This document shows positions 19,911-31,101 of a DNA stretch of 64,000 bases, one piece after another. The stretch's first letter is position 1; the number at the start of each line of letters is the position of its first letter. Both the position numbers and the translations under genes were made by a program. The stretch lies in IMG/VR virus record IMGVR_UViG_3300044557_000292, positions 64,001 through 128,000 of that record. One strand, 5' to 3'. This stretch comes from a virus. Lineage: Duplodnaviria; Heunggongvirae; Uroviricota; Caudoviricetes. The notes beneath the pieces were generated by a model. The model was not told the DNA's origin, ran no database searches, and saw nothing but the letters and a program-made list of their open reading frames with translations.

Positions 19911-19962
19911 CTCCTTACATGTGGGATTTTATCAACAGCCATTGACATTTACGTGGTCAGAC

Positions 19963-20754
19963 TCACGCCTCGCCGGCATCTGCCTTCAAGCGATCATCAA
20001 GATGATGATCCCCACCGTAACCGCTCACATCGTGCAGACGGTCCCAGATGTGAACACGACCCTCCTCATCTGACTTCTTCACGTCAATCACGCGCTGGTT
20101 GCTCGAACCGCGGAACTGGAGGTTTGGGTCCTTCCTGCCATACATGAATCGTCCATCTACAAGAACGTCAACATACGAGAGCAGTTCGAGCTTGTCGGGA
20201 GTCTCGCCCTCGAGATGCAGCTCTTCCCAGGTGAACCCAGTCCATGACCAGATGTCCTTACTGTTCCCATAGACCTCACGGACATGCTTACAGAGCTGGA
20301 TGAGCATTGGAGTGTTAGCGAATGGTTCGCCGCCTAGTAGGGTGAGCCCCTGAACGTAATCGTACTGGAGATCATCAATGATCTGATCTTCCAGTTCTTG
20401 CGTGTACGGGAACCCGGCGTTGAAATTAAAGATGGCAGGCTGGAAGCAGTCCTTGCAACGGAAGTTGCAGCCGCTCACGAAGAGGCTGTGACGAACGCCC
20501 TCTCCATCACTGACAACGAATCTCTTATAGTCAGCTATCTTCCATCTGCTGAGCCTCCTGCCATCATATTGTCCTGGACGGGGATTGTTCGAGTAAGCAT
20601 ACGGTATGCCTGGTCCTCGATCTCCGACGTACTCAGGGTCAAAATCATGCACCTTCTGTGCTACCATCTTGGCAATCTGATCTTTTGATATAGAGTTATA
20701 ATCTCCCGTCTTCCTGAATGCTCTCATCTGTACTTCCTTTCCATGATTCACCAT
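19963..20754 (-). CDS. nrdG: Anaerobic ribonucleotide reductase activating protein (radical SAM)
   Basis: DGEGVRHSLFVSGCNFRCKDC, GLTLLGGEPF, DVLVDGRF, FRGSSNQR. Confidence 0.96.
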   Translation of the reverse strand: MVNHGKEVQMRAFRKTGDYNSISKDQIAKMVAQKVHDFDPEYVGDRGPGIPYAYSNNPRPGQYDGRRLSRWKIADYKRFVVSDGEGVRHSLFVSGCNFRCKDCFQPAIFNFNAGFPYTQELEDQIIDDLQYDYVQGLTLLGGEPFANTPMLIQLCKHVREVYGNSKDIWSWTGFTWEELHLEGETPDKLELLSYVDVLVDGRFMYGRKDPNLQFRGSSNQRVIDVKKSDEEGRVHIWDRLHDVSGYGGDHHLDDRLKADAGEA

Positions 20755-20823
20755 GGTATCAATTAATGGTCAAGATAAGATATTTATGGGCTAGGTAATC
20801 TAACGCCTGCCTCATGCTTACTG

Positions 20824-21609
20824 TTAATCGTTTTCAGTATCGTTTGATGATTCTTCTGACTTCCTTATCTCACGCCATCTTCTAAGAATTTCCTCAGGTC
20901 TAGATCCCAATCCCCAGAATATTGAGAGCCTTATGATGTTGAAGATGGAATCAACAGAATCATCATCTATTACCACTGGCATGTTCAATATTGATTCTTT
21001 GAGACTACTGATTGGAATAAACTGACCGTAATCTGATTGCTTGATGACTGTCAGTGGCCCCAGTACAGAGAAGACGCAGGCAATGGGAAAATTGATGAGC
21101 GAAGCTCTCATATTAAGCTCAAATACGCCTTGATGCAGAGTCATTGATTTAAGATATTTATTAACTTTAGACGTGCACTTGCGAATGTCATCTTGTGCAA
21201 CGATTCTATGCGTGCTGTTCTTGGAATCAATGATCATTACACCACGATTACAGATGAGAATATGATCTATGTCCCCATGATCGGAATAGGTAATCGAGTG
21301 CAAGACATAAGCATGACAATCGTCTGGCAATGATTCTAGTATCTTTGCGGTAGCCTTCTCACCATATATGCCAGCTTTGAATCGCTGTGCCCATGGACAA
21401 TTCTTGTCCTTGAATCTCATATAAACCTTGATAAGGTTCCTAGCTGGTCTATTGTCATTCAGATCAAATCTCTTTGGATGTTTGTCAAAACTTGACTGAT
21501 AGCATTGGAGGATATCTCTCAACTCATCTGCAGTAGAGTAAGGAGTCTTCAATAGACGATAGCCCAGAGTACTCAAGTGAATGGGGTAAAGATCTTTTGC
21601 TGGCTTCAT
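20824..21609 (-). CDS. NERD nuclease-domain protein
   Basis: GIYGEKATAKIL...GDIDHILICNRGVMIIDSKN; AT-rich. Confidence 0.85.
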   Translation of the reverse strand: MKPAKDLYPIHLSTLGYRLLKTPYSTADELRDILQCYQSSFDKHPKRFDLNDNRPARNLIKVYMRFKDKNCPWAQRFKAGIYGEKATAKILESLPDDCHAYVLHSITYSDHGDIDHILICNRGVMIIDSKNSTHRIVAQDDIRKCTSKVNKYLKSMTLHQGVFELNMRASLINFPIACVFSVLGPLTVIKQSDYGQFIPISSLKESILNMPVVIDDDSVDSIFNIIRLSIFWGLGSRPEEILRRWREIRKSEESSNDTEND

Positions 21610-21875
21610 AAAGAATCATTGTAATATAGGCTTGTATAGAATGCAACTGCCGACAGTCTGTGATATGATGAAATAAGAGGAAATCTAATATAAGATTAAG
21701 AATAAAAACTTAATTAATGAAAAGATTGAAGATCAATTCGAAGACGCGCAGAAAGAGCACGATTCAATTGAAGAACAAGAACCAATTGGTGACGTTATAG
21801 CTCGTAGACATGTAAGAAGAGGAAAATCGATTAAGGAATACGTGAGAAGACCTTCATCACTAAGGGAAACAGATA

Positions 21876-22979
21876 ATGATGACGAATAAGAAGAGATTTG
21901 ATGTTGTTCTGCCAGAACCAAAGGATGGGCGTAAGACTGTCATGGTTGGAGAGCTGCCAGATCATGCTGATACTGTTCTAGATCCATCGGTGGAAAAGGC
22001 CGATAGTAGTGAGGGTGCTGCGGTAATGAGCGCTCTAGTGGCCAACATTATCGTAACCGCTTCAAAATTCATATGCGGACTATTCGGAGTGCAGTCGATG
22101 ATGTCAGAAGCTGTACACAGCCTGGCAGATTCCGTCAATGAGATTGTTCTTATCCTTGGAAAGAGGGTGAGCCATAGGCCTCCAACCAAGCTGCACCCGT
22201 TAGGAGGAAGCGGGACAAGGTACTTCTCTGGGTTTATTGTAGCTATGCTCTTATTCGGAGTTGGAGGGCTGTTCACCTTCAGCGAGGCCGTGAAGAAGGT
22301 GGGTGCCATTACTTCTGGAGGACCCAACGCCCACAATATAGATCAGAGGGCGCTGATAGCATCTATCATCGTCGCCTTACTGTCCATGGCAGCAGAGTCC
22401 TGGTCATTGCATAACTCTAAGAGGGAAGCGGTGGACATCTACGGTAAGACTGAGAATGGCGAGTTCAGCCTGTTGAAGTTCTGGATGACAACTAAGTCGT
22501 CAGATCTTACGTCTGTTATAGCGGAAGATGTTCTCGCGATATGCGGGCTTGTAATGGCGGTACTTGGATGCGGAATGAGTCTATGGACTAGGGATGAGAT
22601 TTGGGACTCCTTAGCATCCCTCATGATTGGTGCCATCCTAATAGCTGGAGCGATAGCTCTTGGCAGACAGAACGGCTCACTGCTCCTCGGTGAGGGTGCC
22701 AGCCAGTCTACAGATGATAAGATCATGAGCATCATTGATAACGATGATAACATTATAGCCGTTCTCAGGCCGCTCATTACGCTTCACCTGTCCGAGCGGA
22801 GGATAGAAGCAAAGATCAAGGTTCAGGTCCGTGATAACGTTGACATAGTTGATGCTATTAACCATCTTGAGGATGAGATCAGGGATACCTTCAAGAACGT
22901 GTACAGTGTTGACCTGTGGATTGAGCCTGACAGGTATGATCCAGAACTGGCCGGTAAGACCCCGCAGTACGTTGACTGA
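21876..22979 (+). CDS. Cation diffusion facilitator family transporter
   Basis: ALVANIIV, SEAVHSLADSVNE, HPLG, VIAEDVLA, WDSLAS, LLLGE. Confidence 0.92.
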   Translation: MMTNKKRFDVVLPEPKDGRKTVMVGELPDHADTVLDPSVEKADSSEGAAVMSALVANIIVTASKFICGLFGVQSMMSEAVHSLADSVNEIVLILGKRVSHRPPTKLHPLGGSGTRYFSGFIVAMLLFGVGGLFTFSEAVKKVGAITSGGPNAHNIDQRALIASIIVALLSMAAESWSLHNSKREAVDIYGKTENGEFSLLKFWMTTKSSDLTSVIAEDVLAICGLVMAVLGCGMSLWTRDEIWDSLASLMIGAILIAGAIALGRQNGSLLLGEGASQSTDDKIMSIIDNDDNIIAVLRPLITLHLSERRIEAKIKVQVRDNVDIVDAINHLEDEIRDTFKNVYSVDLWIEPDRYDPELAGKTPQYVD

Positions 22980-23102
22980 TTCCAGAATCGATTCATGTCA
23001 CACCTCATGATCATCTTATGACGATCATGGCATCTTAGTTAGATTCCAGAAACAGTTAGATTGTTTATAGAGTTGTTACAATACGAGACTATGGAGGAAT
23101 CA

Positions 23103-24680
23103 ATGAGCGTTTCTAATGAGGCCAGTGGAGTCCAGGATGATGGAGTAGATGCCCACGGTAACCCTCCAGTCAGTGGAGCTACGTGGGTGGAGCCTTACGA
23201 TCGCGCTGGAATTCATGTTTCCGGATACTGGCGAGGTCCGAATGGTGAGAAGATTCAAGTCGAGGATTCTGGAAGTCATAGTAAGTCTGATAGACTTGCA
23301 CCGCTTGACAAGAAGTACGATCCTGATGCCGCCAAGAGAGCGGCAGAAACCGTTCTCAGGGAGGCGAAGGCAAATAGGAAGCCGAGAGCAAAATCTTCAC
23401 CGAGGAGGAGTGGTGGTGGAGCAGCTGCCAGCAGTGTTAAGACGCCTGCAGGCGCGCCTGATGGGTTCAATCGTATCACGAGCATATCCGAGCTTAACTC
23501 TACCGATCATATTAACGTTGATGAGGCCATACTAGAACCGGGGTCATCTCCCGAATCATATTCTAGAGACCTGGCTGACGTGAAGCAAAGACTGAAGGAC
23601 TCATCTGAGGATAGCGTCGATAAAGGTCTTGAAGAGCGTAAGCAGTATTTGATACAAGACAACCAGAAGATGGATCGTATTATAGACGCCGCTCAAGCAT
23701 ACGCCCCTGATGATATAAAGAAAAATCAGAGGATCGCGAAGAACTACCTCCTTGGGAACAGGGCCAAGCTCACCGCACTGGAGAAGTCTTCGGCTATTAT
23801 GGACACAGCTGGTGATGAAGATGGTAGAATCCTTGCCCTTAACCAGGCAAGGAACATTCACCCTAAGAATTTTATTGACCCGATGTACATTAATGCCATA
23901 GCAAGACATGACGCAGTCTATGCTGAGGCTCTTCAAGATGAAGCCTTCGAGGTTAAGAGCGTTGAGCCAGTTGGCAACAGGGTGAAGTTCACGTTTAGGG
24001 GACAGAAACCCGGATCGTATTACCCAACTCAGGAATGGTCACAGTCTGTTCCCAAGGATCAGGTGAACCCCGATGGAATTGGGAACGAGATTCATGACAC
24101 GAGGAATACGATCAAGCTGTTAAGCTCATACACGAGTTATAATCCGTCTAATGACGCTCGGGGATTCAATGGGAGGATGACCGACGCGGTGAACCTGGCG
24201 AAGGCGTCTAGAAATCTTGGCGGGAGCATGACTTATGAAGACATTGATCCATCCATTGACAAACGCTTTAATGCGATAAGGAGCGCCAAGAATCATATCA
24301 AGTTCAATGAGGCCAATGAGGGGGCTTATTATAAAGAGGTAACTGACAGGATGCTCAAGAATCGTTCTTCCGCAGAGCATGATGCTGCACGTCTGGTCGG
24401 CATGAACGGAATGAAGAAGATTAATGTTAGAGATGAGAGGATAATCAGAATCGAGAAGACGTTGTCCTCATATGGAGGTAGACCACGGGTTATTGGGATG
24501 AGTGATGCGGATCATTACCTCGTGGAAAGCGAGTCAGACCCAGATTACCTACAGGCTGAGTACACGAGGGGACTAGGATCAGCTCATAATGACATTACAA
24601 GGTCGGTCGTGAATCATACTGGGGCTGTGCAATCATTCAGAGGTTCAAATGAAGACATTCCGTTGAGATGGAGGCTGTAG
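23103..24680 (+). CDS. GATWV-tag family protein, large unknown body
   Basis: DAHGNPPVSGATWVEPYDRAGIHVSGYWRGPNG near N-terminus; GGAGG SD before 23103. Confidence 0.85.
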   Translation: MSVSNEASGVQDDGVDAHGNPPVSGATWVEPYDRAGIHVSGYWRGPNGEKIQVEDSGSHSKSDRLAPLDKKYDPDAAKRAAETVLREAKANRKPRAKSSPRRSGGGAAASSVKTPAGAPDGFNRITSISELNSTDHINVDEAILEPGSSPESYSRDLADVKQRLKDSSEDSVDKGLEERKQYLIQDNQKMDRIIDAAQAYAPDDIKKNQRIAKNYLLGNRAKLTALEKSSAIMDTAGDEDGRILALNQARNIHPKNFIDPMYINAIARHDAVYAEALQDEAFEVKSVEPVGNRVKFTFRGQKPGSYYPTQEWSQSVPKDQVNPDGIGNEIHDTRNTIKLLSSYTSYNPSNDARGFNGRMTDAVNLAKASRNLGGSMTYEDIDPSIDKRFNAIRSAKNHIKFNEANEGAYYKEVTDRMLKNRSSAEHDAARLVGMNGMKKINVRDERIIRIEKTLSSYGGRPRVIGMSDADHYLVESESDPDYLQAEYTRGLGSAHNDITRSVVNHTGAVQSFRGSNEDIPLRWRL

Positions 24681-24745
24681 CATCTTCGACTGTTGACGCT
24701 TGTAGTTAGATTTGCATTATCTGCTTATTTTATAAGGGAGGGAAT

Positions 24746-25465
24746 ATGATGGGTGATCATGGTGAGCCACCTGAGGAGGGAGCCACGTGGGTCGAATCGT
24801 ACGAGAGAGCGGGCGTGAGCGTCTCCGGATACTGGCGCGGTAAGGATGGGAGGAGGATAGATCCATCAAAGATTGAGGCGGCCGGCTCAGCTGGTACATC
24901 GCCCTCGCCTTTGAATAAGAAGCTGTTATCGTATTCTGTTAATTCCGATGTGGACGGTGGGCAAGAGGCTACTGATAGACCGGGAGATCACGACACTATC
25001 GACGAACCTGGTCATACCGGATGGCTCACCGATTCCATGGCCGCATGCACTGATGACGATATAGATGAGGAGTACGAGAATTGGCTGGTGGAGAACGGAG
25101 ACTTCTATAACACTAGTGACGTTCCAGGAAAACCCAGCCCGTATACCGTATGGCCGGAGAATATTGACATGCCGATCTATAATGTAGGCCCGTACCACGT
25201 GTCCTTAGATAATCTTGAAGACGAATCAGACGAGGAGAGTCTCATGCTCTCGGCAACTAGATTAGGACGTGATCAGTATAATGATCCTATAGATGATGAC
25301 AAGTATTCGTCCATGTCGAATGATGAATGGGATCACGTGCTGTCAACCCCAGAACTCAGAGCGGAGGCCGTCAAGTATGCTGAGGAGAATGATCTTGTCA
25401 GCAGGGATGAGTATAGCAGTGACAGGGTGATAGAGAAGGTCGCGGACGGTTACCTGGATCTGTAA
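24746..25465 (+). CDS. GATWV-tag family protein, acidic body
   Basis: MMGDHGEPPEEGATWVESYERAGVSVSGYWRGKDG; GGGAGG SD. Confidence 0.85.
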   Translation: MMGDHGEPPEEGATWVESYERAGVSVSGYWRGKDGRRIDPSKIEAAGSAGTSPSPLNKKLLSYSVNSDVDGGQEATDRPGDHDTIDEPGHTGWLTDSMAACTDDDIDEEYENWLVENGDFYNTSDVPGKPSPYTVWPENIDMPIYNVGPYHVSLDNLEDESDEESLMLSATRLGRDQYNDPIDDDKYSSMSNDEWDHVLSTPELRAEAVKYAEENDLVSRDEYSSDRVIEKVADGYLDL

Positions 25466-25563
25466 CTTTTAATCAACCATTATTGCAATCTTATTAACGC
25501 TCATGGATTCAATCTCGTTAAACCGATTTTCATTCCTATGATGAGAAGTGTATTGTTGATCAT

Positions 25564-26544
25564 ATGGGTAAAGACAATAAGGGGAAGAACTCTGGGTCTG
25601 ATAGACCACTTCTTATAGGCGTGAGTTCTAGAAGCCTATTCGATCTTGACGTTGACTCCAAGATCTTCAAGCGGAACGGTCTTGACGCTTACATACGGAG
25701 GCAGAAGAGGCTCGTTGACCGCCCCCTCAAGCGTGGTATCGCGTTCACGTTCGTAGAGCGGATGCTTGCGTTGAACTCGATTGAGGATTCCGAGACTACG
25801 CCAGTTCCCCTCGTAGAAGTCGCTATACTCAGCCATATGGACCCAGACACTGGTCTCAGGGTCATGAACAGTATCCGTCACTACAAGCTTCCCATCAGGA
25901 TGACCGTGTTCACGAGTGGAGGCAACCTGTCCGACTATGTGAGGGCGCTGGGGATCAGACTCTACCTGTCCATGGATGAAGACGCTGTGAGGGACGCTGT
26001 GGACAAGGGACTCCCAGCTGGTCACATCTTGCCCACTAGGATCACACAGCATGATGCGGGCGACGGTGATGTCAGGCTTGCATTCGACTTCGATGGAGTG
26101 ATCGGTGATGACTCATCAGAACAGGTCTTCCAGAAGGGTGGTCTTCCCGCATTCAATAAGCATGAGTCCCGGAACGCCCGTAGGCCGATCACGCCAGGTC
26201 CACTCGCTCCGTTCGTCAAGTCCCTGTCCGTCATCCAACGGGCGGAGGAATTGAGGGTGAAGACTGATTCCTCCTATCAGAAGAAGCTGAAGATATCCGT
26301 GATCACGTCAAGGGGCAATCCTGCTGACATTAGGGTCATGAAGACGTTAGAATCATGGGGGATCACCCTAGACTCAGCATTCTTCATGAACGGGCATGAT
26401 AAGCGAGACGTTCTTAACACTCTGCACCCGCACTTGTTCTTCGATGATCAGCTGAAGCATCTTGATTCTGTTGACTACGGTGTCCACATACCATTCGGTG
26501 ACCTGAACAGGAGTATCAGTAGAACAGTTAGGTTAGACAAGTAA
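25564..26544 (+). CDS. 5'-nucleotidase (PF06189-like HAD family)
   Basis: LLIGVSSRSLFDL, TGLRVMNSIRHY, RLAFDFDGVIGDDSSE, PGPLAPF, PHLFFDDQ. Confidence 0.92.
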   Translation: MGKDNKGKNSGSDRPLLIGVSSRSLFDLDVDSKIFKRNGLDAYIRRQKRLVDRPLKRGIAFTFVERMLALNSIEDSETTPVPLVEVAILSHMDPDTGLRVMNSIRHYKLPIRMTVFTSGGNLSDYVRALGIRLYLSMDEDAVRDAVDKGLPAGHILPTRITQHDAGDGDVRLAFDFDGVIGDDSSEQVFQKGGLPAFNKHESRNARRPITPGPLAPFVKSLSVIQRAEELRVKTDSSYQKKLKISVITSRGNPADIRVMKTLESWGITLDSAFFMNGHDKRDVLNTLHPHLFFDDQLKHLDSVDYGVHIPFGDLNRSISRTVRLDK

Positions 26545-26585
26545 CCAGTTACAATATGAAACTATCGTGAAGGAATTAAATCGCA

Positions 26586-27452
26586 ATGAAGAGCTTGTTA
26601 GAGCGTAGTGACGTGTACCTGAGATCAACGTATGATCCCCATGACCATGCTGACATTGGCGGCATCGTCATGTACGATCCGGAGATCGTTATGAAAGAGC
26701 TCAACAGGAGGGAACTATTCTTTGAGAAGCATGATCTCAATCCATGGATTGTGGTGAACGATCACGCATCTACAGTAATCGTCTGTAGAATATGGATGGG
26801 ACGCTTTAAAGATCAGGATAACGCCGATGAGATTCAAGCCATGCACGATCGTGATTTTAGTATCGAACTTCCAGTAAGGACCAGGCCCAGCTGTCATAAT
26901 TTTATAGAAATTCGAGTAGATAAGGGAGAACCCATTATAGCGGAATCAGATCTGAATGATCTTCAATTGATGATGGGGTTCCTACAAGATTATGACAGAC
27001 ACGACGCAGATAAATATGATCATATCATTCATTGGATTCCGCAGACCATGCCACTCAAAGAGTTCATTGAGCGCTATTCCAATCTTGACAACATATGGAA
27101 AGATTATAGGATAGAAGAGCTCCACGCAACCACGAAGCCTTTGATCGCCCACATGAAAAGGGTCACCCTAAAGATGATGGGAACTGGTCTTGACACGCCA
27201 GACGTGAACCCCGCTCTTGAAATACTCCCAAAGGTCAAGAACATTGTGGAGACATATGAGGTTGAGGCAAATGATGCTATGAGTGATGCTATCAAAGATC
27301 TTTATGATAACAGTATAAACAAGATTGAGAATCTTATGATGGAGCTCGATCACGCGTGGATGACGATCGTTGATAACAAGATTGATTCCGATGTGAACAA
27401 GATTCATGAGAGCGTGTACAACTTCAACATGATCGCATCTACGATTGGTTGA
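26586..27452 (+). CDS. Hypothetical protein with helical C-terminus
   Basis: 288-aa ORF, AAGGA SD. Confidence 0.75.
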   Translation: MKSLLERSDVYLRSTYDPHDHADIGGIVMYDPEIVMKELNRRELFFEKHDLNPWIVVNDHASTVIVCRIWMGRFKDQDNADEIQAMHDRDFSIELPVRTRPSCHNFIEIRVDKGEPIIAESDLNDLQLMMGFLQDYDRHDADKYDHIIHWIPQTMPLKEFIERYSNLDNIWKDYRIEELHATTKPLIAHMKRVTLKMMGTGLDTPDVNPALEILPKVKNIVETYEVEANDAMSDAIKDLYDNSINKIENLMMELDHAWMTIVDNKIDSDVNKIHESVYNFNMIASTIG

Positions 27453-27483
27453 TCTAGAATTCTAACAAGCTACGAACGTGGAG

Positions 27484-27568
27484 GATGCGTTCTAACGCAC
27501 TGTGAGCCAGGTGAGTAAAAAACACGCGCCAAGTATGATCTTGCGTCTATGACACGTTAGAATGCGTC
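27484..27568 (+). repeat. Dispersed ~88-bp hairpin element
   Basis: GATGCGTTCTAACG...GTGAGTAAAAAACAC...CGTTAGAATGCGTC, between convergent genes. Confidence 0.85.
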
Positions 27569-27615
27569 TGATAGTGAGTCTATGCGTTTCCATTGAAAGT
27601 TTCTCGTAGAACGAG

Positions 27616-28668
27616 TCATGCTTCATGATCATCTGAATCATCGTCATCAGCAAACGTGAAGTCATTTAAGTCAATAACGTCGTCATCTGTACTGTCACCG
27701 TCGCCAGCACTGGAATCGCCACTCGTCTCCGGTTCTGCGGGCGACTCATCAACGCCGATCTTCGCCGCGTCGTCAGGCTCATCATTGGCGGCCTCCTGGA
27801 GAGCGTCCATACTGTTATCCCACGCATCCTCCGGTCGATCATTACCTCCAGTCTCGCCCCTCAACTCGGGTCGACCAATATGATAAGACTCGTCTTCCTC
27901 ACGGGTCACTCCCTCCTGGTACCCCTGTGCTTGATGATTGCTGCCATCACTTGCTATGGTCTCAGGTGCCTTCAAGCCGGGCATGTCCGTACTGATGCCC
28001 TGCTCGGCCATCTTACGCTCGTGCTCAGCGTTGATCCGCTCCTTCTCAGCCCGGGTGCGGGCGATGTACTTACTGTTATCAACACCCTGCAGGTTATCAA
28101 GATTACCGCCGCCCGTGACCCCGTCAAGCCCGCGGTCGATGAACGCAGATGGACCCGTTGTCTTCGGAGTGCCGTCACGATTGAGCCCACGCCTGTCAAG
28201 CCATCCATCAATCCACTCCTGGGGCGCGAAGTACACCTGCAGACGCTGCTCATGCCCGTACGTGCTGATGACAGCACGACCCTTCGGGTTCCCGGGGGTC
28301 TTCACGGCAGATCCAGACCCGAGGGTCATCGCTGAGGCCGTCATGTTCATGTTCCCGCACGCAAGACGCATTCCAAGGTTCGCCTTCAGCTCTCCCGGGA
28401 GAAGTTTCGCATCCGGCCTCTGAGTCGCAATAGAAAGGTGAACTCCAGCCGCTCGACCAAGACGCGCTATAGATCCAATCATAGATTGCGCTTCACCCTT
28501 CAAGGCCTGCTGGGCTTTAGCGTCATCACTGTTATGGGTGGGAACACCGTTCTTACCAATCAGGAACTCATGGTTCGGTGAGTCTACCCTAATGCAGTAT
28601 ATGGCTTCATCCGGAACATCTACTCTCTTAATGTCGGCAAGAGTAAACAATTCTTCATCATTCTTCAT
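27616..28668 (-). CDS. Fractured FtsK/SpoIIIE ATPase, last piece: split intein C-half (46 aa) + C-terminal extein
   Basis: IYCIRVDSPNHEFLIG...VPTHN|SDD, then IARLGRAAGVHLSIATQRPDA...LKANL...PGNPKGRA; acidic tail. Confidence 0.92.
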   Translation of the reverse strand: MKNDEELFTLADIKRVDVPDEAIYCIRVDSPNHEFLIGKNGVPTHNSDDAKAQQALKGEAQSMIGSIARLGRAAGVHLSIATQRPDAKLLPGELKANLGMRLACGNMNMTASAMTLGSGSAVKTPGNPKGRAVISTYGHEQRLQVYFAPQEWIDGWLDRRGLNRDGTPKTTGPSAFIDRGLDGVTGGGNLDNLQGVDNSKYIARTRAEKERINAEHERKMAEQGISTDMPGLKAPETIASDGSNHQAQGYQEGVTREEDESYHIGRPELRGETGGNDRPEDAWDNSMDALQEAANDEPDDAAKIGVDESPAEPETSGDSSAGDGDSTDDDVIDLNDFTFADDDDSDDHEA

Positions 28669-28862
28669 ATGAATAAGATATGCACGAAAACGTTAGAACT
28701 ATTCATTTTTAATGATCCGATTTCTTTCAGGAGAAACTCTAGCATCGGGACTCTGCATTGTAAATCGCGAATGTTAGCAACAAATTATGGTTGCATTATC
28801 TATCTTTTGAATTAAAATAGAATTATTAAATTAAAATCAACAATCTATAGGAGGATTCTTAA

Positions 28863-29402
28863 ATGAGTCAACCATTTGATCCTAATAGTATTATATATAC
28901 TCATATTTGCGCTTTATGCGGGAAGACCTTCACTGATCACCATAATACAACAAAATTTTGTAATGGAAGTCATTATAGAACATGTGAAGCCGTCATTGAC
29001 GGGAAAGTATGTGGAAAGAAATTCAAGCTTAAGAACGCTACTAGTAGAACGAGAACATGTTGTAGATCACATGCGGCCATACTTACTCATACGAAAGCTG
29101 CTGATGCCGCCCGATCAAAATCAATTAAACATAGTAAGAAATTTGATGAATCTATGAAGAAAAGATCCAAGTATCTTGATGAGAATCCTGATAAGGATAC
29201 TAGAGCTGGATCTGAAAAATTCAGAAACAATCTTATAGATAAATACGGTACTACAAATACGTCAAATATCGATAAGGTAAAAAGGAAAAGGATAGATACA
29301 ACGAAATCTAGGTATGGAGTTGACTATGATATGCAAGATTCTATTATCAAGGCAAGATGGCTAAAATCATTTACTAAAAAAGAACGTCATAATGAAAAAT
29401 GA
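28863..29402 (+). CDS. Zn-finger/KYG-repeat basic protein, probable DNA-binding part of a homing endonuclease
   Basis: CALCGK, CEA...VCGK, DKYGTTN, SRYGVDY; markedly AT-rich. Confidence 0.65.
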   Translation: MSQPFDPNSIIYTHICALCGKTFTDHHNTTKFCNGSHYRTCEAVIDGKVCGKKFKLKNATSRTRTCCRSHAAILTHTKAADAARSKSIKHSKKFDESMKKRSKYLDENPDKDTRAGSEKFRNNLIDKYGTTNTSNIDKVKRKRIDTTKSRYGVDYDMQDSIIKARWLKSFTKKERHNEK

Positions 29403-30087
29403 GATTAATTATCAAGAGAAACTAAGAAAGAATATACGCGATAAGGTGGCCTTATCTAAGTGGAAATATCCTCGTGAATGTAAAAACAAATTTTTCGATT
29501 CTAACAAAAATACCGATATTAAAGACTATTTGTCTATGATCTTTCACGATACTCAAGATTTCATTCACGACGAGGTCATACCAAATGAAATCTATTCTCA
29601 TAGAGGAATCAATCAATTCAGAAGGTTTAGACCAGATATGAGAAGTGAAGATCTAGGTTTAATCGTAGAATTTGATGGAGTAAATCATTACTCATCCCTT
29701 CACGTTGTTTTATCTGATAAGGATAAAGATGAATATTTAAGATCAGCGGGTTATAAGATTGTTCGTATTCCTTACTTCGTAGTTTTATCTCCTACGTCTA
29801 TTATGAGATTATTCGGAGTAGATGTGAATGACAGATTAAAAGATACTGGAGTTCTTGATTATGGTCTATTTGATAGTCCTGATAATGATTACGGATTAAA
29901 GATTTGCCCTCAATCATTCTGTCATCTTGGAATGATGAAATTCTTTAATGACGTAAAAGCTATGACTAAACATGAAAAGACTGTACTTGATAATGATCTT
30001 AATCTAGTTTCATTGTTTAATAAATATGGTATACCTTCTATCCCAGAAATATATCAAAATGAATATAATGAGATTATTAATAATTAA
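29392..30087 (+). CDS. Vsr/DUF559-like endonuclease (putative homing endonuclease catalytic part)
   Basis: FRPDMR...LIVEFDGVNHY...DKDKDEYLRSAGYKIVRIPY. Confidence 0.8.
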   Translation: MKNEINYQEKLRKNIRDKVALSKWKYPRECKNKFFDSNKNTDIKDYLSMIFHDTQDFIHDEVIPNEIYSHRGINQFRRFRPDMRSEDLGLIVEFDGVNHYSSLHVVLSDKDKDEYLRSAGYKIVRIPYFVVLSPTSIMRLFGVDVNDRLKDTGVLDYGLFDSPDNDYGLKICPQSFCHLGMMKFFNDVKAMTKHEKTVLDNDLNLVSLFNKYGIPSIPEIYQNEYNEIINN

Positions 30088-30486
30088 GATATTTTATGTG
30101 CGGAATGGGTAATAAGGATATTATGCTAAAGGAGGGATGGCTTCCAGTTTACACTCCAGGCAACGCTGTGTATGTGCTAGATTTTAGTGAATAAAATCAC
30201 AGCGTCCTCAGAGTTGTCGTCTGCCCGCACTATCATCAGGCTGCGACGTGATCGATGGCCTAATGGAATCAAAGCTCTTGATGACGCTGGATTCCGCGAG
30301 GCTAGTGGCCCGCGCTACAGTCAATCGCGTTATGAGAAGAACACGTCGCTATCTATAGGTTGTGACGGTAATCTATCATCGTTCGCTTTGAAGTACTGTT
30401 TTTTTTGGCACGGCGTGTCCCATTGCTTCCACGTTTGATCCCGTGTTATAATGGAATCGTTCAAAACGAATGGTTGAAGGAGATTC

Positions 30487-31005
30487 ATGATGGAAGCGCT
30501 GCAATCAAGGAAAATGCAAGCAACCGAATTGTTTAAGCCCGTTGAGAGCGCATGGTCTCGTCTCATCAATGAGTTCAGAGATATGGGGGCAGAGGTTGGA
30601 CCTGGCCCATGGTCTGATCACGTTGATGATGACAATGATCATAGCGTGATCATCAAGTACAGCAACGACCGGTACGGAACATTCCTCATCTGGCTCATTG
30701 ATCGTGCCGACGGCTTCAATGGGGACAAGCGGCGCGACGTGTGGTCTTGCTCATGGCTGATCCCCTCTGGCTCCGGTCGCGGCGGCGAGCGTGGATTAAC
30801 TGATCGGAGCGGTCATCCATTTGACACCACGATTACCGCCCAGGAATTAATTGACAGGCTTCAGACTATTGCTGACACTGACCCGTATACCGGCAAGAAT
30901 GTTGGATGGCAGAACATGCACCACGTGGGGTTCGCCGGGTTCGCATCTGATGAGTCCATTGACCGGGCGCGTCGTGAGCAGGAATACCCGGGGTGGTACG
31001 ACTGA
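30487..31005 (+). CDS. Hypothetical protein
   Basis: 172-aa ORF with AAGGAG SD and upstream TGTTATAAT. Confidence 0.75.
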   Translation: MMEALQSRKMQATELFKPVESAWSRLINEFRDMGAEVGPGPWSDHVDDDNDHSVIIKYSNDRYGTFLIWLIDRADGFNGDKRRDVWSCSWLIPSGSGRGGERGLTDRSGHPFDTTITAQELIDRLQTIADTDPYTGKNVGWQNMHHVGFAGFASDESIDRARREQEYPGWYD

Positions 31006-31033
31006 GCTGTCGCAAAAATTGCGACAGCTCAGT
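31001..31033. terminator. Perfect 15-bp hairpin between convergent genes
   Basis: ACTGAGCTGTCGCAA-AAA-TTGCGACAGCTCAGT; no U tract. Confidence 0.65.
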
Positions 31034-31101
31034 GCGAAGATGAGAACACTCGGTACGGTATGACTGATCCAACTCAGTTCTAATCGTACTGATGAATTCC
31101 C

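Noticed and set aside
21689-21889. Short frame with RRHVRRGKSIKEYVRRP resembling the tag core
   Set aside because: No ATG/GTG/TTG start in frame and weak similarity; possibly a remnant
29376-29382. AAAAAAG as a programmed -1 frameshift
   Set aside because: The downstream ORF is in the +1 frame, so -1 slippage would not join them
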